A DNA stretch of 64,000 nt from Phycisphaerales bacterium (GCA_020852275.1 JADZBE010000031.1:49250-113249); one strand, 5' to 3'. Counted from the stretch's first letter, positions 38,200 to 48,369 are shown. The notes: generated by a model from the letters alone, not told the origin. Program-made: numbers and translations.

Positions 38200-38254
38200 T
38201 GCTTGCGGGCGCACCTGTGTTTCGCACATCATGCGAATTCCATGCGGCCCTACG

Positions 38255-41200
38255 TTAGCGGCGCTGCGGCGGCTTCTCCGGGAACAGCGTCTGCCACATG
38301 TTCTTCAACCCGCGCAGCGGACCCGGGCGAACCTGCGGTTTGCTCACCGGTCCGGTCACCTCCAGCTCCATCAGCTCGCGCGACGCGCCCTCGACCAACT
38401 CCGACAACACCGGCACCCGCGCCCAGTCGTGCGGGCTGACGGCGATCAACCGCAGGTTCACCGTCTGGTCCGGCAGGTAGCACGTCCCCTCGCCCGCCAG
38501 CGCGGTGGCCGGGTCGCGCACGTACAACTCGTGAAACGTCAACTGCTGCCCGCTGATCGAGAAGGTCGCGCGTGCGTCCTGCGAGGCCTTCTCGTCGGAC
38601 TCGGCGAGGTTAATGACCCGCAGAATCGCCAGCATGATGGGCAGATGGTACAGCCGGGCGTCATGGACGGCGACGCGCCCCTCGCCGCGGCGCGACATCG
38701 TGCTGCCGATGCGTCCCGTGAGCGTCAGCGTGCCGTCGAGGCGCCCCTGGATGGCGCCGGGTCGTGCCGTGCCGGATGAGGTCTCGTCGGCGCCATCCCG
38801 CAGGTATGCGCCGATGTCCATGTCCGAGAGTGAAAGCGAGGCCTCGTACTCCGTGCCGCGCGCGCGCGTGGCGATGTTCACCTCGCCGGTCAGCGCGCCG
38901 TCGTAGGCCGTCGCTTCGACGTCGTCGATCGTGAACCGGGACCAGTCCTGGGGCGCGGAGCGCAGCGTCCAGTCGCCGGAGAGGTCGGAGAGCCGCTTGC
39001 CGAGCAGATGCGCGCGGTCCAGCAGGACGAGTCCGTTCAGCGAAGTGTAACCGCCGGGGAGGTTGATATCGCCGGAAAACGTCAGCGTGCCGCCGGCGTT
39101 CGCCAGCTCGGCCGCGCCGGGGAGATTCAGATCGTCGAATACCGCACGGCCTGTGAGGGACCACGCGGGCGCCGAGCCGTCGGCGGGGCGGTCCAGCTCA
39201 AAGGTGTCCAGGCGCAGGTTGATCGCGCCGACGGGCTTGAGGGAGTGGATCAGCTCACGCTGGCCCGGCGGCAGCATCGCCGCGAGGCGATCATCAAAGA
39301 CCAGTCCGTCAATCGAGGCCTCTCCTCTGTAGTGAACAAACGAATCCGACGACGCTCCGCGCTCCGCCGACACCGCGACTTGGGCGCCGTTCCACACGCC
39401 TTCCAGTCGCAGGGACGTCAGCTCCGTCGCATCGAAGACGAGTTTGGCGTCGGCGCTTTCCAGCGGCGCCGGCCAGTCCGCGTGCTTGATGCTCGTTCCC
39501 GACAAGCGCACCTCATGTTCCTGGATGAGGCCGCCGGCGGAATCGCGCGGGTCCGTGCGCACGTGCGAGGTCAGACCGATCGGCCCATCCACGCTCCACG
39601 AGCCCAGCGCGTCGCGCACCCGCGCGGGCAGGGCGCGTTGAATCTCCTCGCTCATCCGCAGGCCCGCGCCCTGCAGCGTCAGGTCCGCCGCGCCCGACTC
39701 GCCGCGGAGGTCATACGTCCCGTCGATGCGCAGGAACGCGCCGCGGTGTTCGCCGGCCACGCGGTCCAGCTCGATTTGGTCCTGGTTGAAGCGGATGCGC
39801 CCCGTGACCTGCTCGACGCGCACGGGCGCCTGACGCGGGCACACGGTCAGCTCACGTGGAAAGACGTCGATGTCGTAGGCCGTCCCCTGCCCGGCGGGGT
39901 CCAGGTAGATCGCCGCCGAAGCGTCAAAGCAGCCCTTCGGTCCCACGTCCACGACCACGTCGCGGACGCGCGCGGGCAGCGCGGCGAACAAGTCCCGGTC
40001 CGCGGCCGCGCCGCGCGCTTCGACGTGAATATCGAGATCGGTGACCGCGCGATCCTTGTACTCGACGGCGCCGTTGATCATCAGCGTCGCCTCGCCGTGG
40101 CGACCGACGAGGTTGTCGACCTGAAAGCCGTGATCGGTGATGGTTACGTTTCCATCGAGCGATTCGATCCGATAGGGGAAGGCCTTGTAGGTCAGCGCGG
40201 CGTCGTGCAATCTCGCCTCGATGCGGTTTGACCAGTCGTTGGCGCGCTGCTGCCCTTCGCCGGGTCGCTCGATGCTGACGCGCAGGTCCGCGCGGCCCGA
40301 GGGCGCAAACTGGTCCCACACGGCGCGAAAGCCCTCGGGCACCGCCGCGCGCAGGTCTTCATCGAGTGCGATGTTCCTGCCTTCGATGGCGACGCGCGTC
40401 GCGGCCGGCCCTGCCAGGTCGGCGGTCCATGCGTTGAGGGTGATCGTGCCGTCGCCGCGATGTCCGCGCAGCCCGTTCACGAACACCCCCAGCGGCGTCA
40501 CTTCCACCACGCCCGTGATGTGTTCGCCCAGGTAAGGAAAGCGATCGTACGCGGCCTGGCAGTCCAGCGCCGTGACTTTGACGTGGGGCGATTCGATGGG
40601 CGACTGCCGCCCGGCGGCCTTGGTCAGGAGGAACTCGGCGTTGACCCGCCCCTGCGGAGCGTAGCGGGCCCAGAACTTCTCCATCGCGGGGATTGCGGCC
40701 ATGAACATCGCCTCGCCCGGCGGCGCCTCCGCGTCGTTGCGCGGAAGCGGCAACTCGCGCACATGGCCGCGCACCGCCACCGCTGCGGCGAACGGATCGA
40801 GCCGGTGCGCGGGATCCTCGAGCGCCGTAATTTCCAGCGCGCATTCCGCGCCATGGAAACTCGCCGAAAGGCGTGCGTCGATGCGCCCCGGCGCCAAGGA
40901 GGCCTCGCCGTGCAGCCGGTCGAATCGCGCGTACCGCGCCTCGGGCGGCAGCGCGGCGTCACCCTCGCAGGTGGGGATGGAAATCGAATCCAACTCGACA
41001 TGGGCGGCGCCTTCCACCGACAGAAGGCCCGCTTCGCTCCACGTCAGCGCCATGTCGCACAGTCTCATGCGGCCGGTCGTGCCGAGATCGTGACAAAGTT
41101 GTGTCACCTTTTCCGGCAGCGCCCCGCGCACGTCCAGCTCGTCCACCGTCGCGGCCAAAGCGTCGATCGACAGCCACGGCGTCCCGCCTCGAACCTCGAC

Positions 41201-42142
41201 CAGCCGCCCCGTGCGGATGTCGATGCGCACGGAGCCTTCCACGCCGCCTTCCGCCGACTCGGCGAGGCGCCATCGCACGGCGTACTGCGTGGCGTCCCCG
41301 TCCACCATGGCGCCATCGATGTCGAGCACCAGCAACGGGTCACGCGAAGGCGCGGTCGGATCTGCGGGGGCGGCGATCGAATCCGCGGACGCAGCGGCCG
41401 GATCCGCCGAGGTTAGCGTCACGCCGGCGCGTTCGATCTGAATGGCGGGCCATTCGGTGGGCGGTGCTGCGCTGCCGCGCTGATCCTGGAGGAAGGCGAG
41501 CCACGCCTGGACCGATCGCGCGCACTCGGCATCCAGCCGGACGCGGGGTTCGACCAAGCGGACGTCCGTCACCTTGAACTCGCGGTGCAGCAGGGCGCGG
41601 GGATCCAGCGTCACCTCGGCGCGGGAGAACGTCACGACGACGCGTTCTCCGCCCGCTGCATGACCGGACAGCATCGAAGGCGCAGACTCGGAATTGCGCG
41701 GCGCGGAGAACGTCAGATCGCTCAGCTCGACGCGCCCGGGCCAGGCGAGTCCGGCGCGGCCGATCCGCACCTCCGCGCCAAGCTGCTCGCGCAGCATGGA
41801 CCGCACATGCTCCGCGACGCGCTGCGGATCCGCGAAGTACCAATAGGCCGTCGGCGCGGCGACGGCCAGCAGCAAGACCGCCAGGAAGCCGAGCAGGAGG
41901 AGGCGCCGCAGCCAGCGTCGGGGCCTGGCCTTGGTGGAAGAAGTCTCCGAACGGCTGGTTGGGGCAGGTGTCTGACCTGCCGGGCGCGGGAGGCCTTCGA
42001 CCTGCCGGGTGGGGCAGGTCTCTGACCTGCCTCCGGTCAGGCAGCTCTCCGAGCTGCCGTCGGCTGTGCCGCGCTTCGCGTCCGCCGACTGCGTTTCCAC
42101 CGAATCCCCCAAATCACGTCCTCTCGATGCGCCGCCGGGCAC
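38255..42142 (-). CDS. AsmA-like / TamB-type bridge-like envelope protein (about 1295 aa)
   Basis: Single N-terminal TM, long beta-rich repeats, C-terminal 'YGG/YDG.L.G', 'G.G......RLYHLP', 'GASRELMELEVTGPVSKP' AsmA_2-like end. Confidence 0.78.
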   Translation of the reverse strand: MPGGASRGRDLGDSVETQSADAKRGTADGSSESCLTGGRSETCPTRQVEGLPRPAGQTPAPTSRSETSSTKARPRRWLRRLLLLGFLAVLLLAVAAPTAYWYFADPQRVAEHVRSMLREQLGAEVRIGRAGLAWPGRVELSDLTFSAPRNSESAPSMLSGHAAGGERVVVTFSRAEVTLDPRALLHREFKVTDVRLVEPRVRLDAECARSVQAWLAFLQDQRGSAAPPTEWPAIQIERAGVTLTSADPAAASADSIAAPADPTAPSRDPLLVLDIDGAMVDGDATQYAVRWRLAESAEGGVEGSVRIDIRTGRLVEVRGGTPWLSIDALAATVDELDVRGALPEKVTQLCHDLGTTGRMRLCDMALTWSEAGLLSVEGAAHVELDSISIPTCEGDAALPPEARYARFDRLHGEASLAPGRIDARLSASFHGAECALEITALEDPAHRLDPFAAAVAVRGHVRELPLPRNDAEAPPGEAMFMAAIPAMEKFWARYAPQGRVNAEFLLTKAAGRQSPIESPHVKVTALDCQAAYDRFPYLGEHITGVVEVTPLGVFVNGLRGHRGDGTITLNAWTADLAGPAATRVAIEGRNIALDEDLRAAVPEGFRAVWDQFAPSGRADLRVSIERPGEGQQRANDWSNRIEARLHDAALTYKAFPYRIESLDGNVTITDHGFQVDNLVGRHGEATLMINGAVEYKDRAVTDLDIHVEARGAAADRDLFAALPARVRDVVVDVGPKGCFDASAAIYLDPAGQGTAYDIDVFPRELTVCPRQAPVRVEQVTGRIRFNQDQIELDRVAGEHRGAFLRIDGTYDLRGESGAADLTLQGAGLRMSEEIQRALPARVRDALGSWSVDGPIGLTSHVRTDPRDSAGGLIQEHEVRLSGTSIKHADWPAPLESADAKLVFDATELTSLRLEGVWNGAQVAVSAERGASSDSFVHYRGEASIDGLVFDDRLAAMLPPGQRELIHSLKPVGAINLRLDTFELDRPADGSAPAWSLTGRAVFDDLNLPGAAELANAGGTLTFSGDINLPGGYTSLNGLVLLDRAHLLGKRLSDLSGDWTLRSAPQDWSRFTIDDVEATAYDGALTGEVNIATRARGTEYEASLSLSDMDIGAYLRDGADETSSGTARPGAIQGRLDGTLTLTGRIGSTMSRRGEGRVAVHDARLYHLPIMLAILRVINLAESDEKASQDARATFSISGQQLTFHELYVRDPATALAGEGTCYLPDQTVNLRLIAVSPHDWARVPVLSELVEGASRELMELEVTGPVSKPQVRPGPLRGLKNMWQTLFPEKPPQRR
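41959..42058 (+). repeat. Four GGCAG(G/C)TC...GA(C/G)CTGCC REP-like hairpins inside the 5' end of the AsmA-like ORF
   Basis: ttggggcaggtgtctgacctgcc, a degenerate copy at 41988, gtggggcaggtctctgacctgcc, ggcagctctccgagctgcc. Confidence 0.8.
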
Positions 42143-43400
42143 GCCCGTCCGCCAGTTGCACGATCGCCGCCGCCGCCAGCACTTCCAACATCGGCATGGC
42201 TGGCAGCCGATACCGCACGCTTCCGACCAACACGGCGTGCATGATCGTGACCACCACCGCCGGCAGCATCAGGACCGCCACCCGCCACCGGTCATCCCGG
42301 GTTCCCGCCGCGCGCGCTTCGCCAGACACGTGCGTGGAGTCGGCTCGCCTCAGGGTATGATACACGCCCAGCAGCGCCAGCGCATACACGGGAAGCGTCC
42401 AGATCGCCGAAACGGCCATCAGAGCGGTTGATCGCCCTTCCTCCAGGTTTGGCACCACGTTCCACGTCCGCTTCAGCTTGACACCCGCCAGGCGTGCGAC
42501 TTGTGCAAAGTCGTCGCGGATGCTCTGCCACGAGGCCCGGCGGAACCACGCATCCCAGCCGACTTCATCGCCGCGATCGACGAAGTCCCTCACCGCGGGC
42601 ATGGCCTTGATGTCGGCAAGGTCGCTGCGCCCAGTCGCCTGCGGATGCACGCCGTCGTAGAGCGTGATGCCGCCGCGGGTCGTGAGGAAGATCCAGGAGT
42701 CGAGCTGTCGGTGGTTGCGCCACGCCCAGGGCAGCAGTAGGAGGAAGACGACGCCCGCGGCGGTCAGGACCATCATGCACGCGCGCGGCTTGAACTTGTG
42801 GCGGATCAGGACCAGCGCCGCCAGCGCGACGGCGAGCGCCGCGCCCGTCTCTCGAAGATAGACGCAGGCCGCAGCACTCAGACCGCAACTTGCGCCCTTC
42901 AGCCAGACCGCTCGATTCGTTTTCAGACACGGCTCGTCGGTGCTGGCGCTCACGTGCCACAAGATCAGGATCGCCAGGAGAAACGGCGTCTCCGTGAGGA
43001 TCAGCGAGGAGAAGTAAACGAGGTACGGATCGGCGCTGACGAGCACTCCCGCGATCAGCCCCACGCGCGCGCCAAAGCACTTCGCTGCGAGCATCGCCGC
43101 AGCCGCCGCACCCGCCGCGCCCAGCACGCACAGCAGCAGCCGCGCCCAGACCACGCCGTCCGGAAGCTGAGTCAGCGGCGCAAGCATGGCCGGAAAGAGC
43201 GGCATGCGTCCCGCGCGGAAGCCCAGCTCGTCCCGCAGCCCCGCCCCCTCGGCCAGCGACCGCGCCATGCCCCAGTATTGTTGCTCATCCGGCAGCGCCG
43301 GCGTTTCCGCGCCGCCGCGCATCAGGCCCAAGCCCGCCCATGCGCCGCATCTCAACGCAAGCGCGACCGCAAACACCAGAATGAGCCGGCCGATGGTCAA
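42114..43400 (-). CDS. ArnT/PMT-like (GT39/GT83) membrane glycosyltransferase
   Basis: PDEQQYW, R.PLFP, DPYLVYFSSLILTETPF, LLPWAWRN, GSVRYRLP.MP. Confidence 0.85.
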   Translation of the reverse strand: MTIGRLILVFAVALALRCGAWAGLGLMRGGAETPALPDEQQYWGMARSLAEGAGLRDELGFRAGRMPLFPAMLAPLTQLPDGVVWARLLLCVLGAAGAAAAAMLAAKCFGARVGLIAGVLVSADPYLVYFSSLILTETPFLLAILILWHVSASTDEPCLKTNRAVWLKGASCGLSAAACVYLRETGAALAVALAALVLIRHKFKPRACMMVLTAAGVVFLLLLPWAWRNHRQLDSWIFLTTRGGITLYDGVHPQATGRSDLADIKAMPAVRDFVDRGDEVGWDAWFRRASWQSIRDDFAQVARLAGVKLKRTWNVVPNLEEGRSTALMAVSAIWTLPVYALALLGVYHTLRRADSTHVSGEARAAGTRDDRWRVAVLMLPAVVVTIMHAVLVGSVRYRLPAMPMLEVLAAAAIVQLADGRARRRIERT

Positions 43401-43577
43401 TGGCGATACGATTCACTTCCCCAATTGCGACGTCCGGTAGAAGGAGGATCCAGCGCGCCCCCGCGCGATTCTCAGAACGCGAAGCGCAAGCGAGCGCAGC
43501 CCCGCCCCGCTGCAGCGCTACCAGCCCGTTGCAAAAATCCGAATTGCAGGGTTCGGCACAGGAATTCCCTTGAGAAA

Positions 43578-43604
43578 GGCACGTCCCGGAGGTCCGTGCC
43601 ACCC
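43578..43604 (-). repeat. Degenerate GGGTGG-CACG REP
   Basis: ggcacg-tcccggaggtc-cgtgcc-accc shares ccgtgccaccc with the RAYT-flanking REP. Confidence 0.45.
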
Positions 43605-43619
43605 CCTTGCAACGCCCCG

Positions 43620-45287
43620 CTACGGCTTGACCACCGGCCGCTTCTTGTTCCACCGCTGGCGCAGCCGCACGGAATCCACGCCGAGCCGCCGCCCGGTGGA
43701 CAGCTCGTTTCGCCCCACGCACTCCAGCCGGATCGTGTGCAAACCCGCCGACAGCGCTTGATCGCCGAGGCTGTGGTCATGCACCTCGATGTTCCTGCTG
43801 TACAGGTCGAGCGAGGCTATCGCCTCCCGCCCGTCGAGCAAGACGCGGAACTTCCCATAATCATAGGAGTGCGTCGTGCGCAGGATCACGCGGCGATATT
43901 CGACCTCCGCCACCGTGAAATCGAACTCAAGGAACACGCCGCCGCCGGCCGCCGCGCCCCCTTCAACCGCTGCAACGCCGCCGGCCGGCGGGGGCGCTGC
44001 GCCCCCGACATTCGCCCCGGCCTGCTCGGCGGGCATGAAGAACAACTGCCCCTCGCCGGTCCACTCGTAGCCCTTCTGCAAAACGACTTCGCCCGTCGAA
44101 TGCCGCGCCGAGTTCATCACGTCTTTCCCCTCCGTGATGACATCGAGGTTCGGGAACACGCGATCCGCCGCGCTCGGCAGCGTGGTGAACCGTTTCGGCT
44201 GCCCCACCTGATACCAGAACGCCACGCTGGCCAGATCGTCCTCGCGCTCGACGAAGCCCTCGACCTTGCCCGTCTCGGTCTCGTCCGCCGAAAGCCAGCC
44301 CCAATGCTCGATCTCCACGCGGCAGGATTTCTCGAAGCGCACCGGGTCCGCAAGCTGCCACCGGTATGCACCCACGCGCGTGCCCACGTCGCCCCAGTCC
44401 CCGTCGAGGAACGGCACGCCGAAGTACGGAAAGCTGCACTTCTCCAGACCCCAGGCCGACAGCATGAAGTCTTCCGTGCCCGTGCCCCAGACGGACGGTC
44501 GCTCTTCTCCGTCGATGGTGAACTTCTCATCGCCCTCGCCGAACCACTCCGGGCTGCGGCTGCGCGCGGAGAGCACCGTTCCGACGTAGTGTCCAGGCCC
44601 TTCGATGTCCGCGATGAGATAATCCGCGCCGAGCTGCTCGGGAAACTCCTGCCGGTACTGCGCGCAGAAGTACATCGTGCCCGGCAGGAGCGGCTCCTGC
44701 GTGTAGTCGATCTGGTAGTACAAAGCGCTGAGGCGCCGGGCGCTCTCGTTGGTAATCGTGACCTTCGCGCCCTTGAAGAACGGCATGGGCCAGTAGCAGT
44801 TGTACGCATCTCCGCCCTGCACCTGCACCGGAACGGAGTTCACCTCCGCGCGCACGCCGAACCCGGCTGCGAAGAAGTCGCCCAGCGGCGCCTCCACCGC
44901 CGGCTGCTCCGCGCCGTCCCAGTGCATCCGCAGCACGATCTCCGACGGGTTGGCCGAACCGTCCGCGGAAAGCCAGTTCGGCGCCGCCTCGGAGAACGTC
45001 AGCCAGAGGTGGCGGATGACGCCGGGCCCGGTCAGGTCGGCGAGCACGCGCGTCTCGCCGGGGGCGATCCAGAGGTTGTCGCGGTTGCTCAGCGGACTCT
45101 CCGCGGCGGAGGACACGCGGCGCGAGCGCCCCGGCTGGGAGTGCATCAGGTTGTCCAAACCGCCTCCGCCCGGCGGAGAGACGAGGGTCACATGAATCGG
45201 TCCCAGACAGCCGCAGCAGGCCGCGACAACGCAACACGCCAAGCCACAAGCCAGCCGACGCGCTCGAACGACGAGGTACGCTTTCAT
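43620..45287 (-). CDS. DUF2961 (GH172-like) glycoside hydrolase, probably a lipoprotein, with C-terminal beta-sandwich
   Basis: IAPGETRVLADLTGPGVIRHLWLT, WDG...P.VEAPLGDFF, NCYWPMPF, WFGEGDEKF.IDGE..PS..GTGTEDF, DDLASVAFWYQ. Track start at 45635 runs through REP composite 6. Confidence 0.88.
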   Translation of the reverse strand: MKAYLVVRARRLACGLACCVVAACCGCLGPIHVTLVSPPGGGGLDNLMHSQPGRSRRVSSAAESPLSNRDNLWIAPGETRVLADLTGPGVIRHLWLTFSEAAPNWLSADGSANPSEIVLRMHWDGAEQPAVEAPLGDFFAAGFGVRAEVNSVPVQVQGGDAYNCYWPMPFFKGAKVTITNESARRLSALYYQIDYTQEPLLPGTMYFCAQYRQEFPEQLGADYLIADIEGPGHYVGTVLSARSRSPEWFGEGDEKFTIDGEERPSVWGTGTEDFMLSAWGLEKCSFPYFGVPFLDGDWGDVGTRVGAYRWQLADPVRFEKSCRVEIEHWGWLSADETETGKVEGFVEREDDLASVAFWYQVGQPKRFTTLPSAADRVFPNLDVITEGKDVMNSARHSTGEVVLQKGYEWTGEGQLFFMPAEQAGANVGGAAPPPAGGVAAVEGGAAAGGGVFLEFDFTVAEVEYRRVILRTTHSYDYGKFRVLLDGREAIASLDLYSRNIEVHDHSLGDQALSAGLHTIRLECVGRNELSTGRRLGVDSVRLRQRWNKKRPVVKP

Positions 45288-45501
45288 ACGTGTTCCCCTG
45301 ATGGTGAACCCTGATCGTGCGCCTTGAGCATGTGCCCCGGAAGAAGCGCCCTTGCACCCGCGCCCTTGTGCAAACGCCCCTTCCGAAGCGCCCCCGAGCC
45401 GGTGTGCTTGAGGAGTGTCAAGGGTACTCCCTTGCTGACCGCTTCGTAAGGTCAAAGAATCGGAGCGGGAAGTACGACAGGCCGTGGCGATATGCGTCGC
45501 T

Positions 45502-45605
45502 CGTCGTTCCTGCGCAGGCGGGAATCCAGCTTCGTCATTCCCGCGCAGGCGGGAACGCAGCGGTGGGTCGAAACGCCCTCGACCCCCGACTGCGCGGGGG
45601 TGACC
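45502..45605. repeat. CGTC-tagged REP composite 6 (2 x A forward, B reverse)
   Basis: cgtcgttcctgcgcaggcgggaatccag, cgtcattcccgcgcaggcgggaacgcag, ctcgacccccgactgcgcgggggtgacc. Confidence 0.88.
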
Positions 45606-45641
45606 AGCCGCGTGCAGGGTTGCGAGTTCCCACACGGTCGG

Positions 45642-46223
45642 CTAGCTCGCCTCGCCTCCCGCTTGTGGCGCGATCATCCGAGTCTCGCCGCCCTCCGGCG
45701 GTCGGCGCGCACGAGCCGCATCGCAGGAAGCCGCGAAGTCCGCGATCTGCGTCTTCCAAAGAAAGAAGCGGTTCAGATGAATCCGCGCACCGTTGCGCAG
45801 CACCAACGCAACGAACGGCGGATCGGACTGAAAGCGCCGCGAGCGGATCTCAACGTCCGCGACTTCCGGCCCCGTAAGCCACAGATTCCTCTGGTGGTCG
45901 CGCACCAGCACGCCGTCCGCGCACACCACGAGCTTGATTCCCCGCCGGTACTTCAATGTCATCCTGATCACCACCGCCACAAGCCCGGCAATCACCGCGA
46001 CGCTGATCGTCACGTTGACGCTTCGATACGGCGTCAGTCCCCGGAAGCCGTGGGAGAAGATGCAGTAGCCCAGCAGCGCGGCCGAGACGATCGGCATCCA
46101 CGGCTCGCTCGGCTTCCACACGCGCGTCAGCGCGCCAAACGCCATCCCGCATTCGGGGCACCGATGCGAAACCGGAAGGCCCGTCAGGTCGTAGCCGCAG
46201 CGGTGGCATGTTGCGGTGGTCAT
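45642..46223 (-). CDS. N-terminal zinc ribbon + 2 TM + PH-like domain protein
   Basis: CHRCGYDLTGLPVSHRCPECG, two hydrophobic helices, beta-rich C-terminus; ATGA overlap with the upstream paralog. Confidence 0.8.
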   Translation of the reverse strand: MTTATCHRCGYDLTGLPVSHRCPECGMAFGALTRVWKPSEPWMPIVSAALLGYCIFSHGFRGLTPYRSVNVTISVAVIAGLVAVVIRMTLKYRRGIKLVVCADGVLVRDHQRNLWLTGPEVADVEIRSRRFQSDPPFVALVLRNGARIHLNRFFLWKTQIADFAASCDAARARRPPEGGETRMIAPQAGGEAS

Positions 46224-46927
46224 GGCGTTTCCAGCGGCCGGTCCTCTGTCAGCTCGCGCGAGGGTCGGCTCTCCACGACTGTCGAACCCGACTTGATCGC
46301 CGCAGGATCGCCCGGGGTCGGGATCAGATAATGCCGGCGGGCCGACTCGAACTCGGTCACGAAGTCATCCACCTCGTCATCGGTGGCGAAGAAATAGAGG
46401 ATGGGGACGGGCGCGCCCTCGGCGCGGGACAGTTTGGCGGAGAGGCGTGCGGTGTGGCGGCCAGAGCGTTCGCCACGATTCAACTCGACGACCTGCGTCC
46501 AAGGCACGGTCACGTCCACGTTCGCTCCGCGGACCGCGACGCCGGCCGCGCTGAAGCTGACGCGGTAGCCCCGCCGCTTGCGGTCCAGGGCTTTGATCAG
46601 CACGATCGTCACCAGCGCCGCGTACGAGAGCGTCATGAGAATGCCGAACACGCGGGACCAGGCCGAGGTGGAGCTGAACGTCATGCGGATCGCGTTGGGC
46701 ATCATCCCGCAGAAGCCGCCCATGAACGCCACGCTGCCGAACAGAATCGCGCGCGGCCGCGCCGGCTTCCACACGCGCACGTGCTCGTCATACTCCAGCC
46801 CGCACTCCGGGCAGCGGTGCCGCGGCGGCAGACCGACCAGGCTGTAGCCGCAGGACAGGCAGAAGTTGGCGGGTACCTTGGGCACGGGGCGGGATTTTAG
46901 CGTCGTTGCTCGCGGGCTTCCAGCCAA
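46220..46927 (-). CDS. N-terminal zinc ribbon + 2 TM + PH-like domain protein (tandem paralog; start uncertain)
   Basis: CLSCGYSLVGLPPRHRCPECG.......RVWKP, 2 TM, 'GVAVRG....VPWTQVVEL'. Confidence 0.8.
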   Translation of the reverse strand: MAGSPRATTLKSRPVPKVPANFCLSCGYSLVGLPPRHRCPECGLEYDEHVRVWKPARPRAILFGSVAFMGGFCGMMPNAIRMTFSSTSAWSRVFGILMTLSYAALVTIVLIKALDRKRRGYRVSFSAAGVAVRGANVDVTVPWTQVVELNRGERSGRHTARLSAKLSRAEGAPVPILYFFATDDEVDDFVTEFESARRHYLIPTPGDPAAIKSGSTVVESRPSRELTEDRPLETP

Positions 46928-47133
46928 CAGAGAGGCGGCACAGCCGAGGCTTGCTCGACTGTGCCGCCGATATGAGTGAACGTCCCGCCGTCGCCGCGGA
47001 CGGAGACTGCGAACGTCGCGCCGCTCACGCAGGCGCAGCCGCCACGGTCCCTGCAGGCTGCTTACGCCATAGCGCCTGCCGTCCGTTCCAGCTCCGTTTC
47101 TGCAGACCGCTCCCGCTACTGTTCCTGACAGTG

Positions 47134-47155
47134 CGCTCCCTTACGGTCGCGGCTC
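47134..47155. repeat. GAGCCGCGACCGTAAGGGAGCG-family repeat (reverse)
   Basis: cgctcccttacggtcgcggctc. Confidence 0.8.
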
Positions 47156-47158
47156 GGA

Positions 47159-47229
47159 TGTCGACGTTTCGACTTTCAACTTTCGACGTGTCGACTTTCA
47201 GCTTTCGACGTTTCGACTTTCAGCTTTCA
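47159..47229. repeat. Heptamer/octamer tandem repeat with 22-bp period
   Basis: gtttcgac tttcaac tttcgac / gtgtcgac tttcagc tttcgac / gtttcgac tttcagc tttca, abutting a stop codon. Confidence 0.85.
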
Positions 47230-48369
47230 CTCGTCGTTCGTCGGACCGATGCAGATCATCCACAGCTTGAAGAAGTTGACGATCTGCGCCTTGGTCAGCT
47301 TGTTGGCGTTCAGCGCGTAGGTCACCTTGCTCGCCGATGGCGCATCGCCGCCGGAGATCAGCGTGTCCACGTAGTCGATCTTGCCCGTCAGGCAGGGGAT
47401 CGACGCGTCCACCGCGAAGAACGCGGCCTCGTCGGACATGCCCTCGAACGCGGCGCCCTCGCCGGTGGCGGCGCGGTTCTTCTCCTCGTTGAACCGCAGG
47501 TTGAAGTCGTAAAAACCCTTCCCGTTGGATTCGCGGTTGGGGTCCTCGACCCACTTGATCGAGCCGGTGACCACGTCCTCGTACTCCTTGCCGTTGAGCG
47601 TGTAGCGGAAGCGGACGCCGTCGGTGTACCAGTTGCCCGTCTCGTAGTCGTAGTCAAGCCGCCCGGTGACGGTGGTGCGCGGATAGGCTTCCACCGGACC
47701 CTTGGCGAGGACGATGTTGTCGAAGCGCATCGGGTCGCTCTTGGTCACCTTCATCTCCACGGTCTTCTTGCCGACCACGCGCTTGAAGGTGTACGCGGCG
47801 AGGCTCTCCTTCTTCTCGGCTTTGCCCATGAGGCGGCCGCTGAAGGGATCCGTAAAGGCCTGCGCGGAGCCGATCGCGTCGATGGCGATGCGCAGCGCGC
47901 TCTGCTGATCCTTGCCCTTCGAGAGGTCATACGCGCCGGAGGCCGTGTCGATCGGAACCGTGCCGACCCACTTGCCGACCGGCTTCTTCATCTTGAGGTC
48001 CTTGGGGTTCAGGACCGACAGCGACACGTCGAAACCGATCGCGGCGCTCTGCTTGGAGCGAGCGAGCGTCTTGGTGTACACGTTCGGCTGTCGCGTGATC
48101 GTGCCGGAGAACTGGGTCGTCTCGGCCACCATGATGTCGAGCTTGTACTCGTCCTTCACGCCGGGTTTCGGCGAGCCGGGCTTGAAGTCGCCGCTGTTGT
48201 CGATCTCCGTCCGCGTGCGGAAGGTGATGTCCATCGTGCCGGCGATGACGTTGTCCTTGGTGATCTGCTCCGGCTCCTGCGCCGCGGCGATCGGCGCCAG
48301 CACGAGCATCGCCCCGGCGGCGCAACCCAGAAGCATCCACCCCTTCATTCCACGCTGCGAGTTTCGCAT
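47227..48369 (-). CDS. Secreted hypothetical protein
   Basis: AAGGAG RBS, signal peptide MKGWMLLGCAAGAMLVLAPIAAA, strong coding-like codon usage; no family recognised. Confidence 0.8.
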   Translation of the reverse strand: MRNSQRGMKGWMLLGCAAGAMLVLAPIAAAQEPEQITKDNVIAGTMDITFRTRTEIDNSGDFKPGSPKPGVKDEYKLDIMVAETTQFSGTITRQPNVYTKTLARSKQSAAIGFDVSLSVLNPKDLKMKKPVGKWVGTVPIDTASGAYDLSKGKDQQSALRIAIDAIGSAQAFTDPFSGRLMGKAEKKESLAAYTFKRVVGKKTVEMKVTKSDPMRFDNIVLAKGPVEAYPRTTVTGRLDYDYETGNWYTDGVRFRYTLNGKEYEDVVTGSIKWVEDPNRESNGKGFYDFNLRFNEEKNRAATGEGAAFEGMSDEAAFFAVDASIPCLTGKIDYVDTLISGGDAPSASKVTYALNANKLTKAQIVNFFKLWMICIGPTNDE

